DNA of 64,000 nt from a virus, in the IMG/VR virus record IMGVR_UViG_3300031371_000002, positions 2,910 through 66,909 of that record, one strand, 5' to 3'. Positions 63,006 to 64,000 of the stretch are shown here, one piece after another; position 1 is the first letter of the stretch; each line of letters opens with the position of its first letter. Position numbers and translations under genes: made by a program. Under the pieces are notes generated by a model. That model searched no databases. It saw only the letters and a list, made by a program, of their open reading frames with translations, and had not been told where the DNA came from.

Positions 63006-63666
63006 ATGATTTTAAAAATAAGGAGCTTAGAAATGAATCAAGAAATGAAAGACACATTCAAAGAGATTGGAGAGCTGTTTCTTAAAATGGCAGACCAACT
63101 TGAGAAGTATGATGAGAAAGAAGTTGATGAAGATGGTTGGTTTGAATGGGAGGGTGGAGAACAGCCAGAAGAAACATATAACACCCCAATCCTTATTAAA
63201 TTTAGAGACAGAGTAACAAATGAAGATGGTTGGTCCCTAAAGGGAAGTGACTATACTTGGTCCCATGATGGGAGTAGTAGGGATATCATAGCATACAAAA
63301 TTGTAAAGGATAACAAATGATTCCAGTAAATTACATTCAAAAGAAAGACGAAGTTGCTCATAAGATTGCAGAGCTTAAAATGTGGATTGCAGATAAAGAA
63401 ACTGTTGAATATAAAAACTATATTGACAATGGTGGAAATGCAAGAAGTGCTAAAGATAAAGTCCTAAGCGAACTAAAATTTGAGAGTGAAGATTGGATGG
63501 CAAAAGAAGTTGAGCTGGAAGAACTGAAGAAGACATACACGACAATGAACTTTGTGTTGGAAACTCTTCAGAAGATGATCTCAACAATGAGTGCAGGATT
63601 TATGTCTATTGGTGAGTATAATATATGGGTTAATGATTATGAAGTATTTTTTGAAGGAGATGTGTG

Positions 63667-64000
63667 ATGAAAAAGATTAAGACACTATTTAAGAGAAACA
63701 ATGAAAACAGAAAGTTAGTAACAGAAGAGGTTGAAAAGGTATGTCAATGGGTTATCAATGGAGAAGGAGTTCCAACACGTAAATATGACGGTTCTTGTTG
63801 TAAGATTGATAAAGATGGCTATTGGAAACGAAGAGAAGTTAAAAAAGATAAACCAGCCCCAGAAGGATTTGTGCTAGAGCAGAAAGATGATATCACTGGA
63901 AAGCAATTCGGTTGGGTTAAAGTCGATAAGGATAATCCAGAAGATAAGTACTTTGTAGAAGCTTTTGATGAAGAACTTCCTTATGGAACATATGAGCTAT
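63667..64000 (+). CDS. RNA-ligase-like (DUF5565-type) protein, truncated by the window edge
   Basis: MKKIKTLF..WVINGEGVPTRKYDGSCC (KxDG ligase motif I). Confidence 0.65.
   Translation, partial: MKKIKTLFKRNNENRKLVTEEVEKVCQWVINGEGVPTRKYDGSCCKIDKDGYWKRREVKKDKPAPEGFVLEQKDDITGKQFGWVKVDKDNPEDKYFVEAFDEELPYGTYEL

Larger units (their letters stand above)
52876..63667 (+). other. Array of several dozen short, often acidic early ORFs of unknown function
   Basis: Co-oriented 50-160 aa ORFs, most with an AAGGA/GGAG RBS. Confidence 0.7.

Noticed and set aside
1-64000. tRNA genes, integrase, reverse transcriptase or diversity-generating retroelement
   Set aside because: No cloverleaf, RT motif or TR/VR pair was recognised by eye; tRNAscan-SE and HMM scans would be needed to exclude them

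Overview
A 64 kb slice of an AT-rich tailed (siphovirus-like) dsDNA phage genome. The host is probably in Campylobacterota: NrdA, NrdB and ThyX resemble the Campylobacter/Helicobacter type, and several promoters have phased TTAAG tracts plus TATAAT. Layout: a + strand arm (0.2-5.0 kb) with a family-A-polymerase-like protein and a metallophosphoesterase; a - strand late operon (31.8 to 5.0 kb) with terminase, portal, a homing-type endonuclease, protease/scaffold, capsid, neck, tail tube, a -1 frameshifted tail chaperone, tape measure, tail tip/fibres, and a lysis region interrupted by glycosyl- and methyltransferase genes; a + strand nucleotide-metabolism arm (33-45 kb); and a long accessory/early region of small ORFs (46-64 kb). 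The most unusual content is non-coding: (1) a ~600 nt highly structured RNA candidate at 45.5-46.1 kb; (2) a hairpin array at 51.85-52.3 kb in which four different stems share one C(GCUUA)G loop; (3) a CCTAAGCTTAGG palindrome or half-site at many gene junctions, plus an unannotated antisense HTH gene; (4) nine dispersed ~90 bp fixed-spacing elements; (5) two Fur-box-like sites near a compositional switch that may be the genome end. All product calls come from motif recognition by eye; no database search was run.
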